Part shown: positions 39,690 through 53,436 of the stretch, one piece after another | Layout of the letters: every line of letters starts with the position of its first letter | Position numbering within the stretch: the stretch's first letter is position 1 | Source of the DNA: Lama guanicoe | Taxonomy: Eukaryota | Assembly (NCBI GenBank): GCA_013239625.1 | Contig: MU056000.1 | Coordinates: 15,032,851 to 15,096,850, forward strand | DNA length: 64,000 bases | Direction of reading: 5' to 3' | Program-made: the position numbers and the translations under genes | Notes under the pieces: generated by a model | Database searches by the model: none | What the model was told of the DNA's origin: nothing | What the model saw: only the letters and a program-made list of their open reading frames with translations

Positions 39690-39876
39690 AGGCCTGTAAC
39701 TGACTGAATGTGGGCCACCCATATTATAGAAGGTATTCTGCTTTACTCAAAGTTCACTGATTTAAATGATGATCTCATCTTTAAAAAATACTATCACAGA
39801 ACCATCTAGAATAATATTTGACCAAATATCTGGTTACTATGGCTTACCCAAATTGACATTGAAAATTAACTCTTCC
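39690..39876 (-). mobile_element. MLT2-like LTR fragment
   Basis: 'ctgctttactcaaagttcactgatttaaatg...atctagaataatatttgaccaaatatctgg...aaattgacattgaaaattaac'. Confidence 0.8.
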
Positions 39877-40679
39877 GTCATGTAGTATTTTTTCTTTATT
39901 TTCTCCTTTTCCTCTTCTGTTTTTTCTGCTCCTCCTTCTTTTTCTTCTTACTATCCTTCTGCCTTTTTTTGTATAGAAAGGAGATTAAGAGGTGATAACC
40001 AAGAAAGCTACATGCAAACACCAATCATTCTTCCAGTAATCAAAGATCTGACCAACTGTCTGAAATCATGATTGCTGTAAAGCAGTGTTACCAATCATGA
40101 TACAGAGGTTTTGTGTGAAATGAACATTTTTATTTTATATTTTTTACTTGCTGATTCTTAATTTACTTTCCGATTAACTTATGGAGTTTTTCATTTATTG
40201 ATGGCAACAATGATTAAATTTTTTAAAAAAAAGCGTTACTTAGTTTTCCTGCCAGCAATTTGCAAGAAAAATGCTTTGTCTGATAATTTTAAAACTTATT
40301 TAAAAGATTGCAATCTTTGCTTCTGTGCTCTCTGTTAAATGTCAACTACTTTTGACCATTGACTCAGAGCTAAAATGAATAGTAAACGTGATGAGATACA
40401 ATTCATAGTCCATTTTTGGAGATGATCTGAGGGAGATTCAGGTGAGGTCACCAAACCAAGTTTCTATCCTATTGTTTCACATATTGAGAAGTGTTTCTTG
40501 AAGAAAAATTCAGTCTACCATTTTTATTATTTATTTTCCTTGTGATGTAAACATTTAACATTGTTCAGAAAAGGGTAATTTCTACCTCACGCACTTTGGA
40601 GAAGAGGCAGTAAATATGGAGTGACAAAACCCTAAACTTTTAACTAATGGGCTAAAGTCACAGATGGGAAAATTTTGGT

Positions 40680-40850
40680 ACATTCATTTAACCAAGATAT
40701 ATTTATTGAGTATCCATATGATGTCAGGCACTGCACTACACATGGAAATCATTGTGGTAAATACAAGGTACCCTGCCTACTTCCTCTTAAAGCTAGTAGA
40801 CTATGGAAAAGAGATAGAAATAAAGATGTCCAAACAGTTATTACAATAGG
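40680..40850 (-). mobile_element. L2 3' tail
   Basis: 'cattcatttaac...atttattgagtatccatatgatgtcaggcactg'. Confidence 0.7.
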
Positions 40851-41852
40851 GAAAGCACAGAGTATTATACCCTGGGCTCCCAGTGGAGGGTAAGAGTCAG
40901 GGAGCTTGGTTAATTCAAGTATAGTGGAATATTTGGAAGACAGAAAAAATACATTTCAATTGGTAGAGAATTCACTAGTATTTTTGTGTATAGGGGAAAA
41001 TGCAAACTGCCTTTTGAATGATCTTTCAGACATTCTCATGGCCTGATACCTTTTCAGTGATGCTGGCTTAAAGGAATTAGGGCTCTTTTTCCCTTGGAAA
41101 TGGTACAACAGACTTGTAGCCTGACAAAGGCAACTATTTCAGAGACCCCTCTTTTATGATGTGGTTGCAACACCGAGAACAGGCAGTGTTGCATGATGTT
41201 GAAGATACTGCTTGTGAGGGACAGGATGCATCACAGATTATGACCCTAATGTCTTCTCTTTGGAGGAGAAGCATTATTAAGATCTCTCTGATGGAATTAG
41301 ATTGTCCAGAATGAAGTCCACTCACATTAAAAGGCTCCGAAGACAGCAGAAGGGGCACTCACCAGGAAGCAAGGGGACATCTTTATCTGAGATCCAGAAA
41401 TATCTCCAGGGTTTGTAGGTTTGTCTAGAACATTCCTATGTGATTACATTTTAGAGACTTTACAGTACCAGCTACCCAGGCACAGCAGCAGGCCTTCAGG
41501 TTAGTGACTGGGTTTAAATGTACATGCATTCTAACCTTGGACAATAAGCACAAGCATCCCTGTGCACCTAGAGCATCTTTCTAGGAATGTGACTCGTTGG
41601 AAGAATCATCAAAATAGAAAACACTGTTCTGTAGAGAGTGTTAGACTTTTTTTGCCCCCAATTAAGGTTTATTAGAACTATGTGCTCCAATTTATGATGC
41701 TCAAATCTTCCAGCTGTTGAGGAAAATTGCAGCTGATAATTTTGCAATTTGGAGCCTCCGGCAAACAAAGGCAGCATCCATCCAGAGGTGCCCCTCAGAG
41801 TTTTGAACTCCCCGGGGTTTTAACCACCTTCACATGACAAACAGGTACATTG

Positions 41853-41911
41853 CTTTTGTTTTTTTTGTTTCCGTTCTGTTTTTGTTGTTTTGTTTTGTTT
41901 TGTTTTGTTTT
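41853..41911. repeat. (TTTTG)n simple repeat
   Basis: Read directly. Confidence 0.9.
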
Positions 41912-42089
41912 CTGTCACAGCTTTCTTTTTCATAGTGGTATGTTGCACTGTATCAAATAGAGTCAGATACTAGAAAATAAATCTAATTTACCAGATATTT
42001 CCCTGCCAAGAATTTACAATCAGGATTGCTTCCACTGGCCTGTCTTTTCAGCCGAGTTCCTGCTAATTTGTTCGGAGGTTATGGTAGAA

Positions 42090-42450
42090 ACCATTAAACC
42101 ACCAAACCTCTTCTCATTTTTTAAAATGTAGCTAGACTGCATTTGCCAGTCATGTTGATGTTGGTGGTGTTCAGTGTGGCCTTGAGGCCAAGTTCTCTCA
42201 AACAAAATATGTGCATCTGTCTTATATTTCACGTCCAAGTTGGGCATTTAAAGCATCCCATATGCTTTTTCCAAAGCCTCTTACTTCAGCAGGCAATCTC
42301 CCACTGGCCCTGGACGATGGCAGAGCCATGGGTGAAAGAAAGTCCGTGAAGGACCGTGTGGAAAAGTGGCAACAGGTTGAACTGAGCATCACTCTGTAGT
42401 ATGAGAGTGTCCCATCTGAACTTACTTTTGCAGTGGTTTAATCCAGCCTA
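42090..42450 (+). mobile_element. MLT1J-like LTR remnant
   Basis: 'ctagactgcatttgccag', 'gtgtggccttgaggccaagttct' and 'gatggcagagcca'. Confidence 0.55.
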
Positions 42451-42551
42451 AGGAGTACATGGTTAAATTGCTAAAGGAAAATGGCTTCTAGAAAGCAAAT
42501 ATTGCTTTCTTTCTGCTAAAGCCAGTTAAGGGTCCCATTAAATATTTTTTA

Positions 42552-43965
42552 TTTATTTTTTATTTTTTTAACATTTTTTATTGATTTATAATCATTTTAC
42601 AATGTTGTGTCAAATTCCAGTGTTCAGCACAATTTTTCAGTCATACATGGACATATACACACTCATTGTCACATTTTTTTCTCTGTGAGCTACCATAACA
42701 TTTTGTGTATATTTCCCTGTGCTATACAGTATAATCTTGTTTATTTATTCTACAATTTTGAAATCCCAGTCTATCCCTTCCCACCCTCTGCCCCCCTGGC
42801 AACCACAAGTCTGTATTCTCTGTCTATGAGTCTATTTCTGTCCTGTATTTACACTTTGTTTTTGTTTGTTTGTTTGTTTTTATTTTTGTTTTTTAGATTC
42901 CACATATGAGCAATCTCATAAGGTATTTTTCTTTCTCTTTCTGGCTTACTTCACTTAGAATGACATTCTCCAGGAGCATCCATGTTGCTGCAAATGGCAT
43001 TATGTTGTTGGTTTTTATGGCTGAGTAGTATTCCATTGTATAAATATTACCACTTCTTCTTTATCCAGTCACCTGTTGATGGACATTTAGGCAGTTTCCA
43101 TGTCTTGGCTATTATAAAGAATGCTGCTATGAACATTGGGTTGCAGGTGTCATCCTGAAGTAGGTTTCCTTCTGGGTACAAGCCCAGGAGTGGGATTCCT
43201 GGGTCATACGGTAAGTCTATTCCTAGTCTTTTGAGGAATCTCCATACTGTTTTCCATAGTGGCTGCACCAAACTGCATTCCCACCAGCAGTATAGGAGGG
43301 TTCCCCTTTCTCCACAGCCTCTCCAGCATTTGTCATTTGTGGATTTTTGAATGACGGCCATTCTGACTGGTGTGAGGTGATACCTCATTGTAGTTTTGAT
43401 TTGCATTTCTCTGATAATTAGTGATATTGAGCATTTTTTCATGTGCTTTTTGATCATTTGTATGTCTTCCTTGGAGAATTGCTTGTTTAGGTCTTCTGCC
43501 CATTTTTGGATTGGGTTGTTTATTTTTTTCTTATTGATTCATATGAGCTGCTTATATATTCTGGAGATCAAGCCTTTGTCGGTTTCATTTGCAAAAATTT
43601 TCTCCCATTCCGTAGGTTTTCTTCTTGTTTTCTTTCTGGTTTCCTTTGCTCTGCAGAAGCTTGTAAGTTTCATTAGGTCCCATTTGTTTATTCTTGCTTT
43701 TATTTCTTCTAGGAGAACATTTTTGAGATGTATGTCAGATAATATTTTGCCTATATTTTCCTCTAGGAGGTTTATTGTATTTTGTCTTATGTTTAAGTCT
43801 TTGATCCATTTTGAGTTGATTTTTGTGTATGTTGTAAGGGAGTGTTCTAGCTTCATTGTTTTACATGCTGCTGTCCAGTTTTCCCAACACCATTTGCTGA
43901 AGAGACTGTCTTTATTTCATTGTTGAAGATTAGTTGACCAAAAGTTTATGGGTTCATTTCTGGGC
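42552..43965 (-). mobile_element. Young 5'-truncated L1, copy 3
   Basis: ORF2 at 43047-43457 and 43539-43856; 11-bp TSD AATATTTTTTA at 42541-42551 and 43966-43976, at a TTTT/AA endonuclease site. Confidence 0.95.
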
Positions 43966-45265
43966 AATATTTTTTAAAATACATGTGAATAATTTTTAAT
44001 CTAAGCTGATGAGGAAATTTTAAATTATTATACATTAGTGGATTCAAAATTAAATCACATTTTACAATTTTAAAGAAACAATCAAAAAATTGATTTTTCA
44101 AATCAATAAGCCACTCACAAACACACACATACATACCTATATATAAGGGTAATAATTAAGGTCATTTGTAACTTTGCTTTGCAAACATTATGCCACAAAA
44201 ATTAACATTTGTTACACTCTCTGTTATTTTTATTAATTATAATGACATCATCAATTAAGATCATTAGCAAAATTAAAAAAAAATATTTTTTAATATATAT
44301 TGGCACATATATACTACTGCATTTGAGAAAGATCTGATTATTGTTACAGTGACCTCTAAATACTTGATCAAGTATTCCAAAGTGATTTTCTCAGTAGTTC
44401 ATTTACAGTTGCAATTTGAGTTTTTCTTTATAAATGAAAATTCCCTGTAAATATTTCCTTTATGCCTGTATTTAGAAAGTGTTGTTTTTGAAAACTGATT
44501 ACACATGCATACACCTGTATGTTTATGATTCCTGAAAGATTGATTAAAGTAGGTCTATTGGTACATGAGACTAAGCATTGAGGGGATGAATATCCGTGTC
44601 TGAAGTCTCCAACTCACATCAAAGAAATAGAGTGAAAAAAAAAGTATATATATATATAATTAATGATATTACAAAAATGTTAGTCACTTGACATTTTATA
44701 AAGAAACATGGCTACAAATATATTAAAAGTATTATAATTTTTAATTTCAAGCAGATTTAAAAAATATTTAAATGTATATTCAAGGACAGCAACAAATCTG
44801 TCATCCTTGGATTCAATACATCTTTTTACTATGTTATATATGAACTTATTTTATAAGATAGTTACTTACCTTAGTTGTGATAGGTTCACCTTTTGTTTTA
44901 TAATAAGTTTGGTTCAGCTCAACATCTAAATCCTAAGTACTAGTCCTGCTCATTTCTATTTAGATGAGTGCCTGATTAGAGTACCTGGCACTCTGACTTC
45001 TTAATATAAACCTTTACATTTTTTTGATAGAAAAGTGTGCTCTTTTCACATAGTTTAATAGAGTCAAATTTGAATATCATTCAAACACTAAATATTTGTT
45101 TTAGTTAACATTTTCATTGTGATGCACATGTGGTCTAAAGTTTGTATAAGCATAGAGTGACTTCTAGTCACATATTTTTCCCGAATAGTATTTTAAATTT
45201 TATAAGGAACTTGAAAATTAATAGTATATGAGGAGAAACATGTGGTGGATAAAGGGGTGAATACA

Positions 45266-45324
45266 ATAATGACAGATTAAAACTGAGGATTATAATGACA
45301 GATTAAATCTGAGGATAATAATGA
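45266..45324. repeat. 26-bp tandem duplication (about 2.3 copies)
   Basis: ATAATGACAGATTAAAACTGAGGATT / ATAATGACAGATTAAATCTGAGGATA / ATAATGA. Confidence 0.9.
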
Positions 45325-45904
45325 GGCTGTGAACTAAGACACTGGCTGCGTCATTCTCTAGGCATAATTCTCCACACTTTCCTGGGCATATACATTTTTT
45401 TTCATTCTTCTCAAACATGATACAGGATTTCCTCCTGTGAAAGATCAGTCTCTCAGTAAATATTCTCCTTGTCCTTCATTAGTGACTTAGGAAACAAATT
45501 GCTCCTGACGTTTCTTGATTTTCTCTGTTTCACTCATCTTTTCCTTTGTATTAAGATCATTACATCAACATTCAAATATGCTTTAGAATCTCTCACCTCA
45601 AATGAATTAAAAAAAAAAAGACATGCAAAGGATTAGCTAGATCTCTGAATTAAACACCTGGTCCAGAAAATAACTTAATGATACATATTCTGACACAGAC
45701 ATTGCCTTCTTAAGTCCAGGGAAATTTCATTTTCTTTTTTCCCCTCTAGTACATCACGGTGCATTGTCTTACTGGAACCAGGTACTAAATCTCTTCAACC
45801 CTACAGCTTGTCATTGAGTTCATGTTCTGAAATTTCTTGTCTCTATCATGCTGATCTCACCACTCTTTGCGCCCCTTGTTTGATTATACAGTAAAGAAAG
45901 TGTC

Positions 45905-46495
45905 TGTAGCAGACATAAGTGGCTGCCTACCTCACTTTCAATCTCCCTATTAGATTACCAACTTTGCTCATATTTTTAATTCTCTCTCATTGGACTCACT
46001 ATTAAATCCTGCTTACTCTATCCTAATCATTTAAAATCTCATTGTCTCTGCCAGTGATAGATGTAGGAAAGGTGATGAGACTATGATCCTGCCCGAAAGA
46101 CAAAAAGTATATTTTATTTATGGTTATATCTATATTCATATTCATCTTATTTGGAGAAGTCTGCTAGAAAGATTCTGGGGACATTTTCCTCATTAAAAAA
46201 TAATACTGGCAGAAGAGTTACCCACCTTTTCCACTACAAGTTCTCAAGTTCACACACACTCTCATAACCATTTTACTCTCATCAAGGGAGAAAGCCCGAG
46301 AACAAAGGTGCTGAGGAGGGCAGGTCAGAAAATAGAGAAAAAAGCTGGCTTCTTGATGACATCATGCAGCCACTGAATTAAGCCCCTGGGGTGTGCCTGA
46401 CCTCTCGAATCTTTGCTGTATGAGGTAATATGTTTTCCTTATTGAATTGGGATTTTCTATTGTTTTTTCTGGCAAAAGAATTTCATCTAGTGTCA
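45905..46495 (+). mobile_element. MLT1K-like LTR
   Basis: 'tgtagcagaca', 'aagtctgctagaaagattctgggg' and 'cttgatgacatcatgcagccactgaattaa'. Confidence 0.7.
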
Positions 46496-48332
46496 TACTT
46501 ACCCGCAATTCTGGTAAGATGATTTAATAAGGTAATTGACATACAGCACGTAGCAGAGAGCTTGGGACATAAAATACTTTAAAAGTGAAAATTATTGCAA
46601 TTGAATTTCTCCTTCCTCGCCTCTCTTCTCCTTCTTTTAGTATTAGTATTAATCGGTACTAGTATTATTTCACTACTTCATATGGTCTAAGTCAATTAAT
46701 TTCCACAATAGCAGCATCATGCATTTTTATGAAAGAAAAAAAAACCAAGAAACACTATTAAGTAATTAGGCAACACAAAATAAACACAAAGCATTTTCTG
46801 TAATTTAAGAATCATATTTTGGCTTTGAAGATTTCCAAATGTAAGGGATTTTAAATGCCTCCTCAGTTTTTCAGCACATGCTAAATTTTCTGTGACCTGA
46901 ATACCTTCCTCACCCTTACACTTCATGAACATTTTTACAGTTAGACTCATACCCCTCCTTCAAGAGTAATTCATTTTACTCAATAATGATACATAATGAT
47001 ATAAAATTTGAGCAAATAATAAATGTGACAAAAGGATCTTGATCATTTCAAATCACGTTTCTCACTTATAAAGAAAGGAGCTTTGCAAAATAGTGCTGGA
47101 CCAGATGAAAGAAACCTAATATTCAAAAGCAAAACTGTATGTTACTTAAGTTATATTAAGTAAAGGCAGCAATTTCATTTCCTAAGTAAGTTAAAGCACC
47201 TCATGAGTTCTCATTAAGTATTCAGTCTTAACGAATTTCACTTAAATCATAAATATATTTTTATTGATTTTTTATTGAGGCCACCTTCATATTCAGAATG
47301 GTCAAAAATTCACATAATATTTAGGAAAATTGAGCTCACATGTAGCAAGTCATTGGTGATCACTTTAATCTAAATATAAGGACTATAAACTAACTCTTAA
47401 CATAAAATCAGTGGAATAAAAATAAGCAATACAAAATAGTGAAGTGACTGTTGCTTCAATCATTTTGTAAATTAAATATACATATGACTAATTTTTTTAT
47501 GGGTTGACCTGGGTAAAGATACATAAAATTTAACAGAAAATTTGTCCTTGAAAACTAAAATGGAGAGCAATAAAAAAAACATAATTACACGAGTCTAAGT
47601 ACATTTTTTTGTCATTGCTATGATGGTAGTTGCGAATTTTCAAAGTACAGAAATTGTTGCCCAACTATGGTTTTCTTTGTTTCAAATAGATTTTTCAAAT
47701 TAAAAATTTGACTAAATTTTGCCCATAAGATCATTAAACAAAACTGACATCAAGATGGAAAATCATTTATTTCAAGACCCTTTGCACCAAGAGATACTCA
47801 TGCATTATTACTTATGAAAGCTGATTTTCTGTAATCACGCTACAAAATAAAGATGGATTTGATTTGATTTAATTTAATTTAATTTAAATTATAATTTATA
47901 ATAAAGTTAATTTATATTAATTGTTAGAAAATTTGGGTGCAACAGATTAGTTTTAATGGAGTTATTTATTGTCCTAATTCATGTTATTAATATTAGGATG
48001 TAAATATCCCACTGTTTTTTTAAAAAAATACTCAAAAGTTAATGATAAGCAAATTTAAGAAGGAGGATGTTTTATCCATTCACAGTTGATTAAATAGTGC
48101 ATTTTGTTTTCTTTTCTTTTCAATCCTTGTCATTGTTATTTTTTATTGTTGCCCTTATGTCCTTATGCTAATAAATACAGTTTGTCTCTGCTAAATACAA
48201 TATTGAAAATCAAGAAAGAAATACACTGTTCTCTTATTCTGCTTCAAGTCGAAAGTGTATGTACTGGCACAACTATTTTCCTTTCAGTTAATGTTAATTT
48301 GTGTTCTCTTTAAATTTTTTATAGCTAAGTGT

Positions 48333-48836
48333 TTCTCTTAGTTTCCCATTGCTGCTGTAACAAGTCAACACACCCTTAGTGACTTAAAGCACCACACACT
48401 TATTATTTTACAGTTCTGGAGGTCACAGTTCAAAATGGGTCTCACTGGCTAAAGTTAAAAGGTTTGCAGGGCCACATTCATTCTGCACATTCTGGAAAGT
48501 AATCCGTTGTCCTCCCTTTCTCAGCTTCCACAGGCTCTCACAGTCCTTGGCTAATGGCCCCCTCCATGTGTAAAGCCTGAAATGAAACCTTTCTGACTTT
48601 GCTTCCGTTGTTGAGTTTCCTTTTCTGACGCTGACATTTTTACTTTCCTTTCTACTATTTCAAAATAAAGACCTGTGTAATTACACTGGGTTCCCCAGGG
48701 TACTTCAGGATACTCTGTCTTAGATGGAGAGCCTCACCTAATTGTATCTGCAACGTCTTTGCCGCATAAGATAACACTCATAGTTCTGGGAAATAGCACA
48801 TATGCTTCTTGGGAGGGGATATTATTCTGCTGCTAT
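48333..48836 (-). mobile_element. MLT1D-like solo LTR
   Basis: 'agtttcccattgctgctgtaacaag...ttacagttctggaggtca...aaaatgggtctcactggctaaa...attattctgctgcta'. Confidence 0.85.
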
Positions 48837-49374
48837 TTTATTAAACTTTTCAAAGACTAAAACTTATGGCTTTGTTATTTTTCTCGACTTTGTACCTTTG
48901 GTCTTTACTCTCACGATTATAATTTTTATCCTTCTTCTTCCTTTGGGTTGAATTTCCTTTTCCATTTTTAGAATCTTGAGATGGAGGCTTAGCTTGTTGA
49001 TTTATAAAACTTTCATATTTAAATGATAAATCATAACCAAAGACTGTTTTGCCTTAATCATACAAGTTTTGACAAGGGAAATTTCCATTTCTATCCTGTT
49101 AATAACATGCTTTTAGTTCCCATTGCATTTTTTTAACAAGTGTTAATTTAGACACATACTTCTAATCCTCAAACACTTAAGATTATCTCATTACTCTTTT
49201 TAAAGAACATTTATTTATGTATGGTCACAGAACATATGATTTTTTGTGATTTATTAAGACTTGTTTTATAGCCTCCAAAGGCTGTGTATCTTACAGCAGC
49301 TAGATATAGTATTCTACAAATTCTTGTTAGGTAAGTTGGATAATAACATACTTTAAAACTTCTGTATCTAGAAC

Positions 49375-49540
49375 AGATTGATGATTACGAGAGAGAAAGA
49401 GGTTTGGTGGATAGGATATCAACGGTATGGTGACAGATGATAATTAGATTTTTGGTGATCATTCTTGTGTATCAGGTTATAATGTTACATACCTAAAACT
49501 TATATAATATAGTATACCAATTTTACCTCAATAAAAATAA
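49375..49540 (+). mobile_element. L1 3' tail fragment
   Basis: 'tatggtgacagatgataattagatttttggtg...ataccaattttacctcaataaaaataa'. Confidence 0.7.
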
Positions 49541-50344
49541 AGCTTCTATGTTATTACTATTTTTTGTCTTTTTTTAATTATGAGAAAATTGTATTTAAAA
49601 TATAATCTTGGTTCATGTATATTTGTCTATATATCCTGTTAATTCTGTCCATTTTTAATGTATTTGCTTTGTTTTATTGCTGGTTACTTTCTATATTCAG
49701 CTTTTTAATCTTTAACTTTTCAAAGTAACTTAAAATTATACTAATTAGCCATTATTATAAGTAAATTATCACTTATTGCTGTTGTGTCCTTTGTATTTTA
49801 GTGGTCATTAATTTTCCTATATGTGTTAAATATCCACAATATAGTGTTTTTTTTTGCCCTAAAGAGTTAATAGTTATTTACTGTATTTTAGAAATATTAT
49901 TTTACAGTTAAGTTTGCAATTTCTCTATACAGTGATCTTCATTTCTTCCTGCAGAAATGTTCATCAGTAAATTTGTGCTCATTGGTGTGGTACATGTGTT
50001 GAAATTGGGGAATATACATTGTGACACTGTTATAAACTAAAGTCAGTATTTTAAGAGTTCACTTTCTTTGGGTTTTGCCAAACGCTTGACATTACCACAT
50101 CATGAAGAATACTTTCATTGCCCTAAAAACCTCCCATGCTCCAGCTGTCTATCTCTCCCTTCTCCCCTCCCCAGCTCCTGGCAACTATAGATTATTCTTT
50201 TTTTCACTGTGAATATGATAAATTCCAGATTTCCTCCAAATATATTATAGCAGATTATGCTCTAACACATGGAAGGCAAGCATTATTATAGTATTTTTTT
50301 TCAAATATAATCAAAGTTGATTATGCCTCTCCTACAACATATTT

Positions 50345-50404
50345 ATATATATATATATTTTATTGAAGTATAGTCAGTTTACAATGTTGTGTCAATTTCT
50401 GGAG
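50345..50404 (-). mobile_element. Very short L1 3'-terminal insertion
   Basis: 'ttttattgaagtatagtcagtttacaatgttgtgtcaatttctgg' flanked by an imperfect TSD TCCTACAA(CA)TATT. Confidence 0.7.
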
Positions 50405-52621
50405 TCCTACAATATTGATAATAATAAAATATCTTGTCTCTGAAACTTGCTCACCAGTATTTGGATTATATAAGAACTGTTGAAATGGGCTACCAATCTT
50501 TCAACTCCTGTGTTGGAGAGAGCCAGCCTCCTTTTTTTTGTCTAAGGTTATTTCTTTTCCCATGGTTTCTGTGGTCTATACTCTGGGTGCCTACAAGATG
50601 CCAACATAGAGAGCTCATTCCTTACACATTCTGTGTTCATCACCCCTGCCTCATGCTGCAAGGTAGTGCCTCCTCCCTACTCCTCAGGTGGGGCATGAAA
50701 GGATTAGACTCTGTAACCACTTACTCTAGGCTAAGTGAGGCCCTTGAGTGCCTCATGGGGGCTCTTTAGCCATAGTCTTGGTGCTCTGGACCCACCAGTG
50801 TGCGTATGAGTTTTTCTGGAAATCTACTTACCTAGAAATGATGAGATGTTTGTTTGCTTGTTTAAAATTTGAGCAACATAAAAATCTTGTTTTTTCTGCT
50901 TAATTCCAAGGATTGACCTGGGGATGGTTCAGTTTTTCCTTTTAGTATATTCAATAAACTAACCCATCAACGTGCTCCATTCTCCTTCAATAGGACTTGC
51001 TGCTTCTATTTACTACTCACATGGTGAATTTATCTCAAACTTTACCTGGGAGAAACTTGAGAAGAGTCAATTACTAGAAGCATCCATAATGTCAACTACT
51101 AATAAGGGGCTATAGATACAGATATAGATACAGGTATTTATCTATCTATCTATCCTCTAGAAATTTTTTTCACGATACACTAGTTGATACAACAAATGGT
51201 TAAGACTATGTAAAGGCCACTCTATGTGTTCATGTTTGTATATATTTCATAATTTTTCATGTATATGAAGATAGAAATCTACATACCAAGTTTCTACTGC
51301 ATTTATCTCAATATTATTTTTTATACTGAAATGTTAAGATTTCATAGAATTTTTATTTCTCTATCATAATTTTCTAATTTTACCCAATATTTAATCATAC
51401 AGGGGAGCATATAGTCTAATTTTCTAAGTAGTTATATCAATATTAATGCTAATTTCCAACTCTTTGTTCACCAAGTATATACATTAATAAGGTGTGTGAA
51501 ATTTTGAAATTCTCATAGGAGCTTCTGGTATAGGTATTAATTTATACATGCAGGAAAATGCATGCTACACAATTGAATTAGAAACTGAAAAAAGTAAAGT
51601 GAAAAAATTTTAAATAATATCACAATGTGAGAAGAATGCTTATATGAGTTGTTAAATTTTACTCACTAAAGTGTATTACCAGAAATCTTTAGTTCCTTTT
51701 AATTGGCTGAATTGATCAGAGGCAAGTGTTGTTGGTAATGATCTTGTAGAAAGACACTTTTAATTATTCCATAAATTACTACCATAAAGTAGATAAATTC
51801 AATCAATGTAAAGCAGTTTGGCTCTTTGTAAATAACCTTCAAACCTGAGAGAAAAGAAATTTAAAATAATGATTTGAATGTTCCTTGTCAAATAGATAAA
51901 ACCAATCCACACCACTTAAAATATAATAATTCATTTATTTAGCAAGAATTTTTCTGAGCCACTGAAATCCAAGAGCATTATAATATTTTTGATGTTTTAT
52001 GATAGTGATAGTAGCAAATGAATTATTTAAAAGAAAATTTGATGATAATAAGACTGTAAGAGAAACAACTGAACATAGTAATTCTAAAAGTAAAGTAAGT
52101 AAAACATTTTGGCGATAGTTTCTTATAGTTTGAAACATTAAGATACACATATTTTCTTTCTTAATACTAAAATTTACATTTATTAGGAAGATTTCTGCTG
52201 GTATATGACAAAGTTGCTTACCTACTTTTGAACAATATTTTTGGATATATGTTTCCTGATAAATTCCAGGATTTTAATACCAATTCCAGTTAATTAAATT
52301 AAATTTTGAGAGTCTAATTTTTCATACTTAAAATTATGAATGTTTGGACATGTTGATAATATACTATGATGTATCCAAGAACAAGAAGAAAATATTAGAA
52401 GAGTAAAAGGAAAACTTGTGAAGATAAGCTGTTATGGTGGTAACTTTAGACTGAGAAGCCAGAAAGAAAAGGAAAAAAAAAAATTACCTCTGATTATATC
52501 ATGCATGTCTAATTGGTAATTAGAATTTTGGTATCTTTGTGGCATGTGACTAGATTGATAATGCATGTTCAAATAGCAAGCAAGTTTATTCTTTATTTTT
52601 TTGTTTGTTTGCTTTTGGGTT

Positions 52622-52922
52622 TCTTTTTTTTTTAATTGAAGTATAGTTTACTGACAATATTATATTAGTTTTGGGTATGCAACATAGTGATTCAATATTT
52701 GTATAAATTTTACTTCATATAAAATTATTATAAAATATGGCTATATTCCCTGTGCTGTGTCTTACATCCTTGTAACATTCATTTTCTATCTAGTAGTTCA
52801 TACCTCTAATTCACTTCATCTGTTTTACCCTTTCCTCCACCCCTCTCGCCACTGATAAACACTAGTTCTCTGTATTTGTAAGTCTGTTTCTGTTTGTTAT
52901 GTTTGTTCATTTGTTTTGTATT
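52622..52922 (-). mobile_element. L1 3'UTR fragment inserted in the ERV
   Basis: 'ttttaattgaagtatagttt...ggctatattccctgtgctgt...gtctgtttctgttt'. Confidence 0.85.
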
Positions 52923-53319
52923 GCTCATGCTAATGGAAATATTCGTGATTAACTAATTCTTCCCATGTATTAATCATATAAAAATGAAAGCTCAAAAGAA
53001 TTTGATACCAAGTATCATATTATACTTAATTACAATATGATAAAATCAGCAGTCTGAACTGTGAAAATAATGATTTGCTTACAGACGCTAAAAATTTTAT
53101 TATAAAGCAGTTCCACCAGTAATTTTCCACCATATCCAAAGATAATGAAGCTCTTCAGAGAATCTAACAGGCAGTCTAGAAATAACAGTAGCTAATGCTA
53201 ACGCCAGGCTACTTAGAGAAGTAAGATGGTAAGCTATGAGAGAATTCATATTTCCTCCTCTAAAAATGTCTGAATTCTCCAACATATGATTTATTTTTAT
53301 AAGACATTAAAAAGACATA

Positions 53320-53436
53320 TTTTTTAAAATTGAGATATAACTGACATTTAACATTATATTAGTTCCAGGTGTATAACATAATGGTTCAATATATGTATAC
53401 ATTGAGTAATGATCAGCACAATAAGTCTAGTTAACA
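53320..53436 (-). mobile_element. L1MA9-like 3' tail inserted in the ERV RT
   Basis: 'aattgagatataactgacatttaacattatattagttccaggtgtataacataatg...aataagtctagttaaca'. Confidence 0.85.

Larger units (their letters stand above)
48050..49950 (-). mobile_element. Decayed old L1 body, interrupted by MLT1D and a sense L1 tail
   Basis: T-rich antisense L1-like blocks 'tcttgagatggaggcttagcttgttgattt' and 'tttattaagacttgttttatagcc'. Confidence 0.5.

Noticed and set aside
45266..45324. CRISPR-like repeat
   Set aside because: Head-to-tail tandem duplication without spacers, in mammalian DNA.
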